Origin: Octopus bimaculoides
Lineage: Eukaryota
Length of the DNA: 33,000 nucleotides
Direction of reading: 5' to 3'
NCBI RefSeq assembly: GCF_001194135.2
Contig: NC_068985.1
Span: 28,402,988-28,435,987 of the forward strand
Below are positions 1 through 12,234 of the stretch, piece after piece. Made by a program: the position numbers and the translations under genes. The stretch's first letter is position 1, and every line of letters starts with the position of its first letter. Below the pieces are notes generated by a model. It ran no database searches, was not told the origin of the DNA, and saw only the letters and a list, made by a program, of their open reading frames with translations.

Positions 1-107
1 ACCGATTTCAGCACTGACTAGCTATGGGTTTTATAGATAGCTCAAGTAAGATCTACACCGGATTACTGCTAGGACGGGGCAGGTGTGGGCTACAGCTGCT
101 GCTGCAG

Positions 108-108
108 C

Positions 109-159
<51 letters not shown>

Positions 160-178
160 GGAGGAGGAGGAGGGTGGA
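108..178. repeat. (GAT)n then (GAG)n trinucleotide microsatellite
   Basis: Direct reading; source of the poly-M/D/I ORFs at 24-286. Confidence 0.95.
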
Positions 179-184
179 GGAATT

Positions 185-1730
185 GATCTTTTTATTCACT
201 ATAATAGTTACACACAAAGGGGACAGACAAGGGATCAGGGGAAGATTCGCCAACGAAAGATAAACGGTATTTTCACAAATTTATAATAAATAAAATATGG
301 ATAATGATGATGATGATGATGAAGTGATGGACAGGTGTGACCCCACAAACCACGTTCCACCATTGGACCTTTTCAAATCCTTTATGTCATCCCTTAAGTA
401 GACACATCCACTCTCAACATCCTTCCACCTTTTCTCGTATATACTTAGTGGGAGGCAACTCCTTTGCAGTCTTATTTCCCTTTTGAGTTGAGAAACAAAA
501 AGGTGTACCAATCCACGGCTGGAGATGAAGTCATCTGTCACTTCTCCTTTCATGAGAGACTTCCACACTACTTCTTTTGCAATCGCTACTACAGCAAGAA
601 AACAAAGCTTCCCTTCTTTCTTCCAGAGGGTTGGGGTCGGTGGAACAATCTTTATAATTAATTGAGTCAGAGCACAACTGTAATTCTTTCCAAACGTGAC
701 AGCAGCCGTTCGACATAAACCCACAACTCCGAGAGTTTCGGACACTGCACAACAGCGTGCAGAACAGTTTCACTGCCTTGTTTGCATCTTGGGCACGTGG
801 ATTGGTATGAAGAGCCGTTGTTGGCGAGTTTATCTCGAACTAGTAAGGCACTTCGGTAACACTGCCAAGCCAGAGACTTTTGGAAGTTATCCAAAGGCCC
901 CGCCCCGAATGTCCTTCGAAACAAACCAGCAAGCTGACTATCGTCGAATTCCACCAGAACGTCTTCACACTTGGCCTCTACTAACCCTCTGTAGAATGGC
1001 GAAGTGGAACCCTCGCCACCGGCATTAACCGTCTGAGAGAGAAGCGCGAAAACCTGCCGACATTCGGTCTGCCACGCTCCCAACTTAAGTCTAAGCTTGA
1101 TCCATGGCTCCAATTCACCGAAACTAGTGAATCGAGGAATATTAGCTTGACGAACGGAGACTACACTCGTTCACCATCCAGGTAGAGCCAGAGATGCCTC
1201 AACCTCAGCGCATGCCTGTCCATCATCAGCCACATCATCCCTAGCCCACCTTTCAGCGGATATTGGCAGTAGATAGAGCACCTTACAAGCCTTACAAAAA
1301 GCGAAAGAGCAATCGTTCCAACTTGCTTAGCCAAGAATCAGGGCAAGGCACGACGGTTAGGCGGTAAGGGATCACAGGTGCGATAAACACATTCATGATC
1401 TCCGCCCTCCCTTTCAGGGATAACTACTGCTCAGACCAGGTCTGAGTTAAGTGAGTCACCCTGCACGTAACCTCGCTCCAGTTTTTTCTCTGGAGGTCCA
1501 GACCGAACCAAACCCCTAGCATTTTTACTAGACCGTTCATCCATAGTCCCATGACGCTGTTGGGCAGCATCGACTTACCTCTCTAGGTGCCGAGCTGCAA
1601 GCCGACCGACTTCTCACGATTAATTTTTACTCCTGCCACCACCTCATATTCCTTTATAACCTCACATACCCACTGCAGGTGCTTGACCATGGATACGATG
1701 ATTGTGATGTTGTCTGCATACGCCGTTAAT
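185..1730 (-). mobile_element. 5'-truncated, degenerate Tx1/L1-clade non-LTR retrotransposon (RT C-terminal half, zinc finger, 3' UTR)
   Basis: Minus-strand translation across stops and frameshifts: LTAYADNITII (YADD-like, 1709-1720), YEVVAGVKINREKS, LSLKGRAEIMNVFIAPVIPYRLTVVPCP, KGGLGM, CPRCKQGSETVLHAVVQCP (CCHC, zf-RVT-like), FLAVVAIAKEVVWK. AATAAA near 192-197 on minus. The 3' boundary is uncertain (185-330). Confidence 0.9.
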
Positions 1731-3063
1731 CTATTTTTGAGAATAGTTTTCTTACTGAAGCAGGTTGATATGTTTTAATTCTAAAATAATGGTTTACATA
1801 AATGGCAATTGGGCATAAAACACATATTGAATGGTTAGCTGCACTTCCAATAACTAAACACATTAGATGCACGTCCAATGTCTAAACACATTTCGCCTAA
1901 AGTATTCTCTTTGTGCTTCATTCTTTTCAATGACTTTTCTAAAACAAGGCTAACAATTTCTTCACAGAAGCAAAATAAACGCTTATAAGTCTCTGAATTA
2001 ATACATAACAACTCTTTTTTGCAGTAACCTACTTGTTTACTCATTTGAAGCAAGGAAATAATAAACGTTAATCGTTTTCAATTTGAATTTTAAACCCTAC
2101 GAAACTACACGTAAAATACATTAGATTTTGGACATAAATGACATTAACTTATACAAAAATAAAATTAACAAGGATAAATATGCTGAATAAAGCGCTAGAA
2201 ATACATACCGAAACACTGAAACAGAAAATGAAAGAAATAAAAACTAACACTAGTTTTACATACGTTTGATTAAACTGCATTACATAGTTCGTAGAATTTT
2301 ATGGCGGCAGAGGAAGACGCTTCCGCTTGCAGATGGCAACAGCTTATTGATGCATGGCATTACTGTAAATGAAAGGGTCTAGTTGTATTATTGTATATCA
2401 CAGTGGTGCTATTTAATAGCAGACTGTATGTGCTCTGCACATATATCCATTAACAATACTGTTTCGCCAACGAAAAAAACAGACATACGTATATATGCAC
2501 ACACACACACAAACACACACACACTCAAATACACACGCACACTTACATATTATCCTATATGTCTTCTTGTCATTACGTTACTTAGCCCGTCGGTAACGCT
2601 TTCACGTGATTAGAGACAAAGAGGGACAAAAGAAAAGAGAAAGAGAGAAAAAGAGGATGAGGAAAGCGTCCATGACGTGAGGTAGAGGGACGTAATTTTA
2701 ACATTTTCACGTGATTAGTTGAAGGGAAAGAGAGAACAAGAGAAGGGAAAAGGAGAGAGAAAAAAGAGGATAATGCGAATAATGAGGCAGAAAGAGAGAG
2801 AAAGAAAAAAGACAGAGAGAAGCATTCATGATATTTGGAAAGGGGAACGTAATATTTATTACATGGGTAAAGCAGTCAGTTGAAAGTAATGATATAGAGG
2901 AGAGTTAAGAATATAATTTTAGCAGAGGGGTGATGTTCTGATTGTGAGATTAAAGAAAGGCACACAGAGAGAGAATTGATGGTGGTGGTGGTGGTGGTGG
3001 ACTTGGTGATTGTGAGTAGTTGAAAGTAATTTTTTTAAAAATTGAACTAAGTTTTTTATATCA

Positions 3064-3327
3064 CCTATCACTTAACGCATGCGCATCTCAAACTTGTCAT
3101 TCACTTTAGAAAGAGACCAGTTTCTCGTTCGCCTGTCACACACAAGAACTATCAATAACTCACAAACGCAGACATTTGATAAAATGGGGTTGTTCTTGCC
3201 TGAACCATGGCCAACTATATGTTGTATTGTCAAGGGCTTGCAAATTATCTGATGTGCGAGTTATCAACACTGAAGAAGAGGGAGAACTTACACGAAGAAC
3301 ATAATCTGCAAAGAAGTATTGGATTGA
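3064..3327 (+). mobile_element. Helitron Rep/Hel PIF1-type helicase C-terminal fragment (pseudogenised)
   Basis: NLSFTLERDQFLVRLSHTRTINNSQTQTFDKMGLFLPEP, a small frameshifting deletion, then HGQLYVVLSRACK and YTKNIICKEVLD*. Matches the Helitron pattern RRQFPVRLAFAMTINKSQGQT...PVFSHGQLYVALSR...TKNIVYKEVL. Element termini not identified. Confidence 0.85.
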
Positions 3328-4534
3328 ATGGTGTACGCAAATTGAAATGTGCATTGGCTCTGACCCATCGCTTTAGCTTATAAGTTACCAACGGTGTGGT
3401 GTTCAGAGTATGCCATGTTGCATTAAATTGTTACCCCCGTGAAATTGTGACCCCTATATTTTACAAATAAAATAACTTGTTTTTTTACTTTAAAATTGTT
3501 GTCTTATAGATATGAAACCGTGACCACGTAAATTTTAAAATGTATTTTTTTCTGTTTATGTGGAAAATGGTAAAATAACAGTGAATATTTAATTTATGGC
3601 TGCTGTGTATTCAATCTATAAAATTGTGCAAAAAGTTTGTAATGTATATATATAAAGTGCATTAAGTAATCATCGTATTCCAATTTCCTTCACTTTTCAA
3701 TGAATAGCAGATGAGCGACAATATTTTGATACAGACACACCAATAGGTTTACAATTAATTCAGTGAAAGAATCACGGATCCCACAAGTTGTTGTTGTTTA
3801 AGACAAGTAAATCACATAAATACAGGTTTGTATCCCATTGAATTAATAACATTTAATTTCTTATAGTATCATGATTTAATTATGCACCACACGCTAGCAC
3901 AATTAACGATTTTATAATATGTCGGATCAAAGACTACCTGTCTAATAAAGCGTTTTATCTACTCATTCAGTACAATTAGAATTATTGCTTATATTAAAAT
4001 ATATCTCACCTGCCCCTTTCCGTAATTTACACCTATTAAGTTACTTTACCAAATGATTATTACTTTTGTCCTCAGTTCTTGTTCGGGTAAGAGGAAGATT
4101 TTTTTTTTTTTTTTTGATATTTTAAGTATGAAAATTATGGCTTAGAATCAAATGGTTATTGATTCATAGATTGGGTGTACTTCCAATTTGGCCAATTACC
4201 ACGAAGGAACAAATTAGGTCATCTTGTTAAAACATACAACAATGAAAATGTATTCTGAGGTAAGCAATGCATATTTAAAGGGACTGCTTCTAGGATGCCT
4301 CGTACCTGGTTCCAGCGATTGATAAAATGGCAGTTTGCCGATGTTTACTGTTGCAACTTAGAAAAACAATTTTCACTTATGTTTTCTTTGGCTATCCTTA
4401 TGATCGTCCCCTTTACATATGCAGATACACACGCACCTACACACAAATATCCATAAAAGTATATATATTTGAGTGTGAGAATAAATTTTCTCATATATAT
4501 ATATATATATATATATGAATTTTTCGATAATACA

Positions 4535-5102
4535 TTAAAGTCGACAGTCTGGTCTTAAGGCAACCAAAAATTTAAATGCTGCAAATATCAAATTACCAAG
4601 CAACTTGCAAAGATTCCACGATGTTATAGAAAGTATCAATTTCGATCTAAACAATTTGTAGGAAGATTTCAAAATAAAAGTATTTCTGGTTGCAAGTTCT
4701 TCAGTAGGATTTAAATCGCGTAAGACCAATGACTGGTTTTTAGGCAAATCACCAGAAATTCATAATCTACTTTTAGAAAAACAAAACTTAGGCTTTTTTC
4801 TCAGTCCTTAAACGCCAACTCAAACGAAGCTTACAGAAAGCTGAAAGGGAAAGTGTAGATTGCTCTAAAGAAAATTAAGCAGAAATGGTAGAATGACAGA
4901 GCAAAAGGGGCACAAGAAGCAGCAGATAGAAATGATGCCAAGGGTTTGTACTCTAATGTTAAGGAAGTATATGGCCCAAAATCTTCTACAGTAGCTCCAA
5001 TGAGAACAGCAAATGGATATTTGCTTCTGACTGACACCGCTTCTATTCATAAGTGTTGGGTAGAACATTTTTCTGCACTTTTGAATAGACCATCATCCGT
5101 TG
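4535..5102 (+). mobile_element. RTE-clade LINE fragment (linker between endonuclease and RT)
   Basis: KTNDWFLGKSPEIHNLL...AQEAADRNDAKGLYSNVKEVYGPKSSTVAPMRTANGYLLLTDTASIHKCWVEHFSALLNRPSSVD with in-frame stops; typical RTE/BovB-like linker (VYGP, W.EHF..LLNRPS). Confidence 0.85.
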
Positions 5103-5109
5103 ACATGAG

Positions 5110-6088
5110 GATGAGAGAAAAAAATTGAACACCTTAACAGAATGCACATGTCAGAAATGTTTTTTAAAATTCCGATCTGGAGATTTTTCACTCAAAGATA
5201 ACCAACGTTCTGGTAGACCTTGGGAAGTTGATGATGACAGAATCAAAGCCATAATTGAATCTGATTGTCATGAACTGTGCGAGAGATTGCAGAGAGGTTA
5301 AATGTATCTTACGCAACAATAGAAAATCACTTACAATGTCTTGGACTTGTTAAGAAGCTCGATATTTGGGTTCCACATAAATTGAAAGTGATTCACTTAA
5401 CACAACGAATCAATATTTGCGATATGTATCTCAAATGCAATGAAATCTATCTTTTTTTAAATGAATTATCACTGGTGGTACAAATGGATTGTTTACAATA
5501 ACGTCGATCGAAAACGAGTGTAGTCCAAGCGTAATGAACCAGCACAAACCACATAGCAAACTGAATTGCATAAAAATGGTCATGTGTCAATTTGGTGGAA
5601 GTTCAAATGCGTTGTTTATTTTGAGCTGTTTCCAAGGAACCAAATGATCAATTCAGATATTTACTGTCAACAACTAAGAAAACTGAAGGAATCAATCAAA
5701 GAAAAACCAGAATTGGTTAATCGTAAAGGACTCATGTTCCATGACAATGCTAGACCACAAACGTCTTTGCTAACGCGTAAAAAATTATTGGAACTTGGTT
5801 GGGAAGTGATGTCACATCCATCAGATTGCTATTTATTTTGATGTTTGCAAAATTCTTTTAATAGTGAAGTTTTCAATAATGATGATGACCTGAAATCGCA
5901 CTTGCTTCAGTTTTTGGCTTATAAGGACCAGAAGTTCTATGAGCGCAGAATCCTGAAGTTACCTGAAAGATGGCAAAAGGTCATCTAACAAAATGGAAAA
6001 TATATAATTGATTAAAGTTCATTTTTGTATGAAAAAAAATTACTTTTATTTCACACTAAAAAATCGAAATTGCTTTCTTGCCAACCCA

Positions 6089-6091
<3 letters not shown>
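5110..6091 (+). mobile_element. Mariner (Tc1/mariner, DD34D type) transposon, 5'-truncated and degenerate, 3' TIR intact
   Basis: KFRSGDFSLKDNQRSGRP, REIAERLNVS, WVPHKL (WVPHEL motif), FHDNARPQ, SHP-SDCYLF (YSPDLAPSD partly deleted). 3' TIR reads TATTGGGTTGGCAAGAAAGCAATTTCG on minus and ends in TA at 6090-6091. Confidence 0.93.
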
Positions 6092-6147
<56 letters not shown>

Positions 6148-6293
6148 GATATATACATATATATATATATACATATGTATATACATACATACACACACAC
6201 ACATATACATGCATACATATATGCTTGCATACATACATACATAGATACATACATACATACATACATGCATACATACATACATACATACATACA
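6092..6293. repeat. Compound (CA)n/(TA)n/(TACA)n microsatellite
   Basis: Direct reading; explains the overlapping HT/YI/CV ORFs. Confidence 0.95.
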
Positions 6294-6344
6294 TAGGACG
6301 GAACGCCTCATATTTTGTATCCACTAATTTGAATTACAATTTCA

Positions 6345-6445
6345 CTTAAAAGGCATTGGTTGACCAGAAGCTATAACTGAAGTCACCTGTCCCAGATACC
6401 TCGCAGTCGAATAAGATTAGAGGCCATGAGGTTGTCATATGAAGA
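6345..6445 (-). mobile_element. Degenerate SINE family B fragment (head/core)
   Basis: aaggcattggttgaccagaagctataactgaagtcacctgtcccagatacctcgcagt aligns to the reverse complement of the copies at 10404 and 15781. Confidence 0.6.
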
Positions 6446-7062
6446 TCTTAGCCCTTGTACTTATAATGATCAAAACATTTCCCAATTTATCTGAAACTCA
6501 CACATTAACTGTTTTCTTGTTCACATTATTGACAAATTGCGTGACTCGATGTTTAACTGTAACTGATTTATCTACATATCAATAATTTGGATTTATATTT
6601 AGAAATCAAAACTTAAAGTTGTGGTGCATTTTATATTGTTAAAAATTGCTTCGTCATCAAACGACTTATTGTAGTTAATTCTGTGAATGCATATTTAATA
6701 TATGGAATGTTAAATAACTTATGTACTATCAAATGCGCAGTGCAGCAAAAATAATATTCGACCATTATTGATATTTTTATTTTCGTTTGCCCAACAAAAA
6801 TTCTGCAGATGTTTTAGATTTGCTCAGTTTCTTAAGTAAAAGAATAGTCTCGCAGAAAATTACAGAAGTAATAACGAACGCAGAATAATGTTTATTTGTT
6901 TGTACAGAGAAAAAAAGAATGTCTTTACTAAATAATTTATACCAGTAACAAATAAGCGTTATATGAATGATTTAAACTCAGAATGTTTACATGTGAAAGC
7001 AGCAGATATATATATTTATATGCATATATATATACGTACAGACATGCATATATATATATATA

Positions 7063-7117
7063 TTCTTTTATTCGTTTCCGTCCTTTGACAGCAGCCATGT
7101 TGGGGCACCGCCTTGAA
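7063..7117 (-). mobile_element. SINE family B 3' tail fragment
   Basis: tttccgtcctttgacagcagccatgttggggcaccgcc resembles the reverse complement of ggcggtgctccagcatggccacagtcaaatgactgaaa. Confidence 0.6.
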
Positions 7118-7134
7118 GCAGATACGCCAGTTCA

Positions 7135-7490
7135 ATTTAATTCATCCTTAGTCGAAAGACACCTGTTGTTATGTCCTGCTATTATTTTTATTGTATTTTT
7201 GTAACATTGTTCGTTTTTTTTCCGTCCTTGTTTTTGTATACATTCGCTGCTTTCTTCCAAGGAATCTAATGCGCTTAGCTTAGTTTATCCTTGGGGCTGG
7301 CCAGATTGGAGAAATCTCGAGTATAATGAGCCGAAATTGTGAAGATAATCTGGTACTCGACTGAGGAAAGAAAACTTCGAATGACCCATACTTTTTTTTT
7401 TGTGTCGTCTATCTGGATGTTTTGTTGTCCCATTTTTGTATCACCTAACTGTCCGGATGTTTCGCGTTCTTGTCCCATTTTGTATTTTTT
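7135..7490. repeat. Unclassified interspersed repeat with an internal short duplication
   Basis: ctggatgttttgttgtcccatttttgtat recurs as ccggatgtttcgcgttcttgtcccattttgtat; composition differs from the flanks. Class not determinable from sequence alone. Confidence 0.35.
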
Positions 7491-8049
7491 TATATGTATG
7501 CATTTATATACGCATTCTTACTGTTATCTTATAAAACTTATATATGTTATATCTTTTTGTATAGCTAGTTTATCATTTTATTTTCTATCTTCATTTCTGT
7601 TAATGTTGCCTCTTTCGTATGCATTCACCATGTTTACACCGCTTATTTTTACGTTCTTTTAAATCATATTTTTATTTATGTGTTTATGTTATGCTCTTAT
7701 ATAAATGTATATATATATATATATATACATATATATATANNNNNNNNNNTGTATTGATCTGTATTATCTACTATCATGATACACTTGTGTTTTGCTCTGT
7801 CACATAATATGAATGAGAAAGGAAGGGTTGATAAATAAATAAGGGAGGAAGGGGTGATGGCAAACTGGTCGTGAGAGCGTTTCAACTCTTTGTGAGTATG
7901 TATGTATTCGTGTGCGTGTACAAGGGCAATATGTAAATGTTTCAGGCGGCTCCATTTAATCGATCAATGTATAAGACCATATAGGTTTTCAACATACAGG
8001 ATACTCCGTTATAATTTTTTAGTAAATTTTTCATCAGAAATATAGACTA

Positions 8050-9530
8050 AAAGAATTACATGTTTATTGTTATTATTGTAACAGAATGGACTTAAGGAGA
8101 AAATATCCCAAGCCTACTATAATTTGGAGTGGTAGAAGAGAAGAACAATATATGTGTCAAGAAATGCTAATATAGCTACATTCATCTTTCTCCTTATGAA
8201 AATCAAAAGATCCAATGCAGGCTAGTATTCTACATCCATTTAGAATTAAGTCCACTGGGAATTGTCAGTTAAGCTCTTGTTGCTGGTGATAAATTAATTA
8301 ATGTCAGATACTCTTCCCTACCCCTATTTTACTCTGACTATAAATTCGCCATGATTACAAAAAGGAACATGCCTCAGAAGATGCCAACAAGATAATGGTA
8401 TATAACCAGAAAGAGGAATGGTAGGTGTGCCTTAAACTATTTTATTACTATCAGTTAAACTAGAAAACAAAGGAGGTCACGAGATCTAAGTGGGCATTAA
8501 GGGTACGGGGGAAAATAATATATCCAAATTTAGCAAAATTTATATATTATAATATTTTGTATATTAAATAATAAAATTTGAATAATGATATTTAGAAAGG
8601 GTTTTAAAGACCAAGTAAGAGAAGGGGGATAGATAAACCAATCTAAGCCCTAAAAAGTGCAGTACTTTATATAAAACAGAAACCTCATAATGCTTCATCC
8701 TAGCAAACTGTTAAGGTGGTCATGATAAAACTGTTCAACAATGAACCCACAATCAAATTCAGATTTCATCCGAGAAGGGTTACCCTGTTTCTATTGACTG
8801 TAAACCAAAATTAGGGGCAAACAAATAAGATGATCAGTTCTATAACAGATGAACTTATTTAAAATACCTTGGAAAAATATGATTACATAAGAAAAATTCC
8901 AACATTATGAAAAAATCTTAAAGGTATAAGAAGGTATAAAAATACCACTTATATATACAAGACATTTTCATATATATATGTGAATATATAAAAACTATTA
9001 AAAAATTAAAGGAAAAATATATTATAATTATAATAAATAATTATAAACAAATAAATATTAATACCATATTGGATTATATCATGCCATGATTAACTACAGA
9101 GAGAAGTTACAATTCATTGAATGTTACACAAGTATATACGAGGGTAATCAGGTATACAAAACACAAAATATGATAATAAAATACAATATAAAAAAATAAG
9201 TAAAATAAACTAAAAAAAAATAAAATAATAAAAATGAAGGTGTATTTATATATAAAATTTCAATGAAGGATAGAATGGAAAAATAGATATGAAGTTAAAA
9301 ATTTTACATTGTGGAAACCATAAGATACATACTGGATATAAAAAGAGATAAAAGATAAAAAATTAAAAAATAATAAATAATAAGGATAAGTCGAAGTATT
9401 CTAAACAAAAACAAATTGAAAAATAAATAAAGTAAGATAAGGATACCATTGGATGCGGTTTTATAAAATATTTGTAAGATGTAATATTACAGGCATTTGG
9501 CTCCATTGGTTCCGTTCCATCGACTAAGTC
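8050..9530 (+). mobile_element. Possible ancient Penelope-like element (RT plus GIY-YIG remnant)
   Basis: Strongly A-biased plus strand. In-frame GVFIYKIS...KFYIVETIR at about 9238-9327 resembles GIY...YIGET; weaker upstream matches (KIQCRL, YPNLAKF, KGYP). Many stops. Confidence 0.4.
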
Positions 9531-9572
9531 ACAGTCCATCATAATTTTTTTTTAATTGCCAAGTTGATATCG

Positions 9573-9642
9573 ACTTAATCTCTTTGGCTGTTCTTGTTTG
9601 TCCCCTCTATGTTTAGCCCCTTGTGAGCAATAAAGAAATGAG
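9573..9642 (+). mobile_element. SINE family A 3' tail only (long-tail type)
   Basis: cgacttaatctctttggctgttcttgtttgtcccctctatgtttagccccttgtgagcaataaagaaat matches the tail of the copy at 21501-21731. Confidence 0.85.
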
Positions 9643-9842
9643 AAACGTTAGCACTCCGGGCGAAATGCTTAGCGGTATTTCGTCTGTCTTTACCTTCTGA
9701 GTTCAAATTCCGCCGAGGTCGACTTTGTCTTTCATCATTTCGGGATCGATAAATTAAGTATCAATTGCGTACTGGTGTCGATCTAATCGACTGTCCTCTT
9801 CTTCCAATATTTCGGGCCGTGTGCCTAGAATAGAAAAGAATA
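9643..9842 (+). mobile_element. SINE family A (tRNA-derived, short-tail type), slightly 5'-truncated
   Basis: gttagcactccgggcgaaatgcttagcggtatttcg, B-box gagttcaaattcc, central gtcgactttgtctttcatcatttcgggatcgataaattaagta, tail gtgcctagaatagaaaag. Confidence 0.9.
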
Positions 9843-9854
9843 ATCGGAGAAACC

Positions 9855-9942
9855 AGTTAACGATTGAGATCGATGTGATCGACTAAGCCACTTCTGCTGA
9901 AACTGAAATTGCTGGCCTTATGCTAAGATTTGAAACAATGAT
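9855..9942 (+). mobile_element. Further SINE family A 3' fragment with a third tail variant
   Basis: accagttaacgattgagatcgatgtgatcgactaag followed by aaattgctggccttatgctaagatttgaaacaat. Confidence 0.55.
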
Positions 9943-10258
9943 GTTCAAATGACATTTTTTATTTTTTTATTTTTTCCATAATGGCCAACGTTGTTGCGCA
10001 GAGATATATGTGGCAGTGAGTGTGTAGTACTAGTAGAGTAGTGATCTTATTGCATCCTTTCATATTCTCACTTCGTTTACTGTCAATGTTGACTTTAACC
10101 TTTATCACTTTGAGTTCAACAAAATATACATAATTTATTTGGGGTTAATTCACTTAACAATGACGATGTTTTTTTTATATTTGTGCGCATGTGTGTGTAC
10201 GCGCGCATGTATGTGTGTCTGTGTGTATATATACCGATATATGTATATAAGCGTGTAT

Positions 10259-10321
<63 letters not shown>

Positions 10322-10403
10322 TTGTGTGTGTATGCATATATATATATAGAGAGAGAGAGATAGATAGATAGATAGATAGATAGAGTATGTATATATATAT
10401 ATA

Positions 10404-10572
10404 TAGGAGTGGCTGTGTGGCAAGTAGCTAGCTTACCAACCACATATGGTCCCGGGTTCAGTCCCACTGCGTGGCATCTTGGGCAAGTGTCTTCTACTAT
10501 AGCCTCGGGCCGACCAAAGCCTTATGAGTGGATTTGGTAGATGGAAACTGAAAGAAGCCCGTCGTATATATG

Positions 10573-10605
<33 letters not shown>

Positions 10606-10794
10606 GTTCGTATGTGTGTGTTTGTCCCCCCAACATCGCTTGACAACCGATGCTGGTGTGTTTATGTCCCCGTAACTTAGCGGTTCGGCAAAAGAGACCG
10701 AAAGAATAAGTACTAGGCTTCTAAAGTCCTGGGGTCGATTTGCTCGACTAAAAGGCGGTGCTCCAGCATGGCCACAGTCAAAAGACTGAAACAA
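10404..10794 (+). mobile_element. SINE family B (tRNA-derived, CORE-like central segment), near full length
   Basis: A-box-like ggagtggctgtgtggcaag, B-box ggttcagtccc, gtggcatcttgggcaagtg (resembles the start of the CORE domain), internal TA/TG microsatellite, tail ggcggtgctccagcatggcc. Highly similar to 15781-16247; ends at an N-gap. Confidence 0.93.
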
Positions 10795-10884
10795 NNNNNN
10801 NNNNACACAGAAATATATATACACTCTCACATACAAATAGACTGGCACATGCATATACATATGTTGCTATATACTTTTATACAG

Positions 10885-10931
<47 letters not shown>

Positions 10932-12234
10932 TATACACATACTGAACTTGTATTCTTACGTATATCTACTTGCAAACATAAACCAGGTAAAGACCAATCA
11001 GTTGGAGGAATATCGTGATCATAACTGTTTCCATTACAGCAAGTATGGCTACTGTTAGATGCTGTTCTTGCTTGTATACATTACTTCAATAATATTTCAT
11101 CTTATATTTTTTGTTCTTGTCATAATACAAAAAAATAAATAGCTAAATAAAAGTTGACAAATATATTTTGCTTTTTTTTCTTCTCTCCAAACTCTGCCCA
11201 TGTTAATATTTCGGGATTATTAATAAACTAAGATTTTTAATATAGACACGAAGCCATTTCAAACAGAAAGAACAAAACTAAAAAAAAAAAAAAAAACGGA
11301 AAGAAAACAAAGCCTTCTATATTGATAGAGAAAAATAACGATATAAGAAAAAATCTTTGATGTTTCCGAATTAATTACACTTCTTCTCGTTATGTTGTTT
11401 TTAACGTTCATTTTTTTAAAAACATAACAGCAAATTTCCTTACAATTCTCTCCATATAAACATACGTATGCATGTGTGTATATGCGTGCGTGTATCTCTG
11501 TGTGCGTTTTTTGGTTGCACATCATTGTTTTTCATTAGTGATGCTATTGTTTTTTGGTTATTTATGATCATAAATAGGAGGATGATGATTGCAATATTCA
11601 TGCTCATGTTATTTTTATAACAATATTATTGACATTTTTTCCCCTTGCTGTTCTTGTTTGTGTTGCTGTTACTGTTGCTACTGTTGTAGCAATAAGGGTT
11701 AATTTAGGGTGATGGCATCATTGAAAATTTAATTAGAATATTCTAGCAATACCACCAACATATCAATTTTGTATAAAATTAAATATAAAAATATGTGAGA
11801 ATTTTAGTTGACTTTTTGTCAGACAGATCGATTTAAAAGTAAGATAATGGAAATAGATTTTCTTAAAAGATGAAGAGTAGATGAGGTAAATCATTTGCAT
11901 TTATAAGTTTACTAAAGATAAGTGCATTGATCAATAAGGTCACTCAATAAGAAAGCCATCTCTTCTTATTTGGCTCACACTTTCAATGTAACAACAAATT
12001 TAGCTATATACGATAATTACCTAATTTTCTTTAAGAGAAAAATTATTTAAATCATAAATTCTGTGTTACATTCCATTATCTTCATTAAATTAAGTTTAGA
12101 CCATCAATCGCCAAGTACAGTGATGAAGATGAAAACACAATGAAGCTGGAAACAAATCTGGTGTCCAGAATATACAGTGTATGGGTGAGTCTTAATCATT
12201 CTTCGATTCAGTTCGGATCTTTAGTACACGTGAC

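Noticed and set aside
1835-2053. 72-aa Cys-containing ORF on minus
   Set aside because: No recognisable motif or convincing splice sites; length is within chance for AT-rich DNA.
2300-2385. ATG-initiated MAAEEDASACRW.. and a downstream CTAG|T as a possible gene start or Helitron 3' end
   Set aside because: The frame closes after 23 codons without a donor site, and there is no GC-rich subterminal hairpin before the CTAG.
7350-7385. CTGAGGA-AAG(AAAA)CTT-CGAAT as another hammerhead
   Set aside because: The GAAA box is incomplete and no stem I or III was found.
7900-9560. Possible mitochondrial insertion (A-rich strand, hydrophobic minus frames, an ND1-like SEFDCGFIVE)
   Set aside because: No sustained match to any mitochondrial gene; the GIY-YIG-like motif fits somewhat better, though both are weak.
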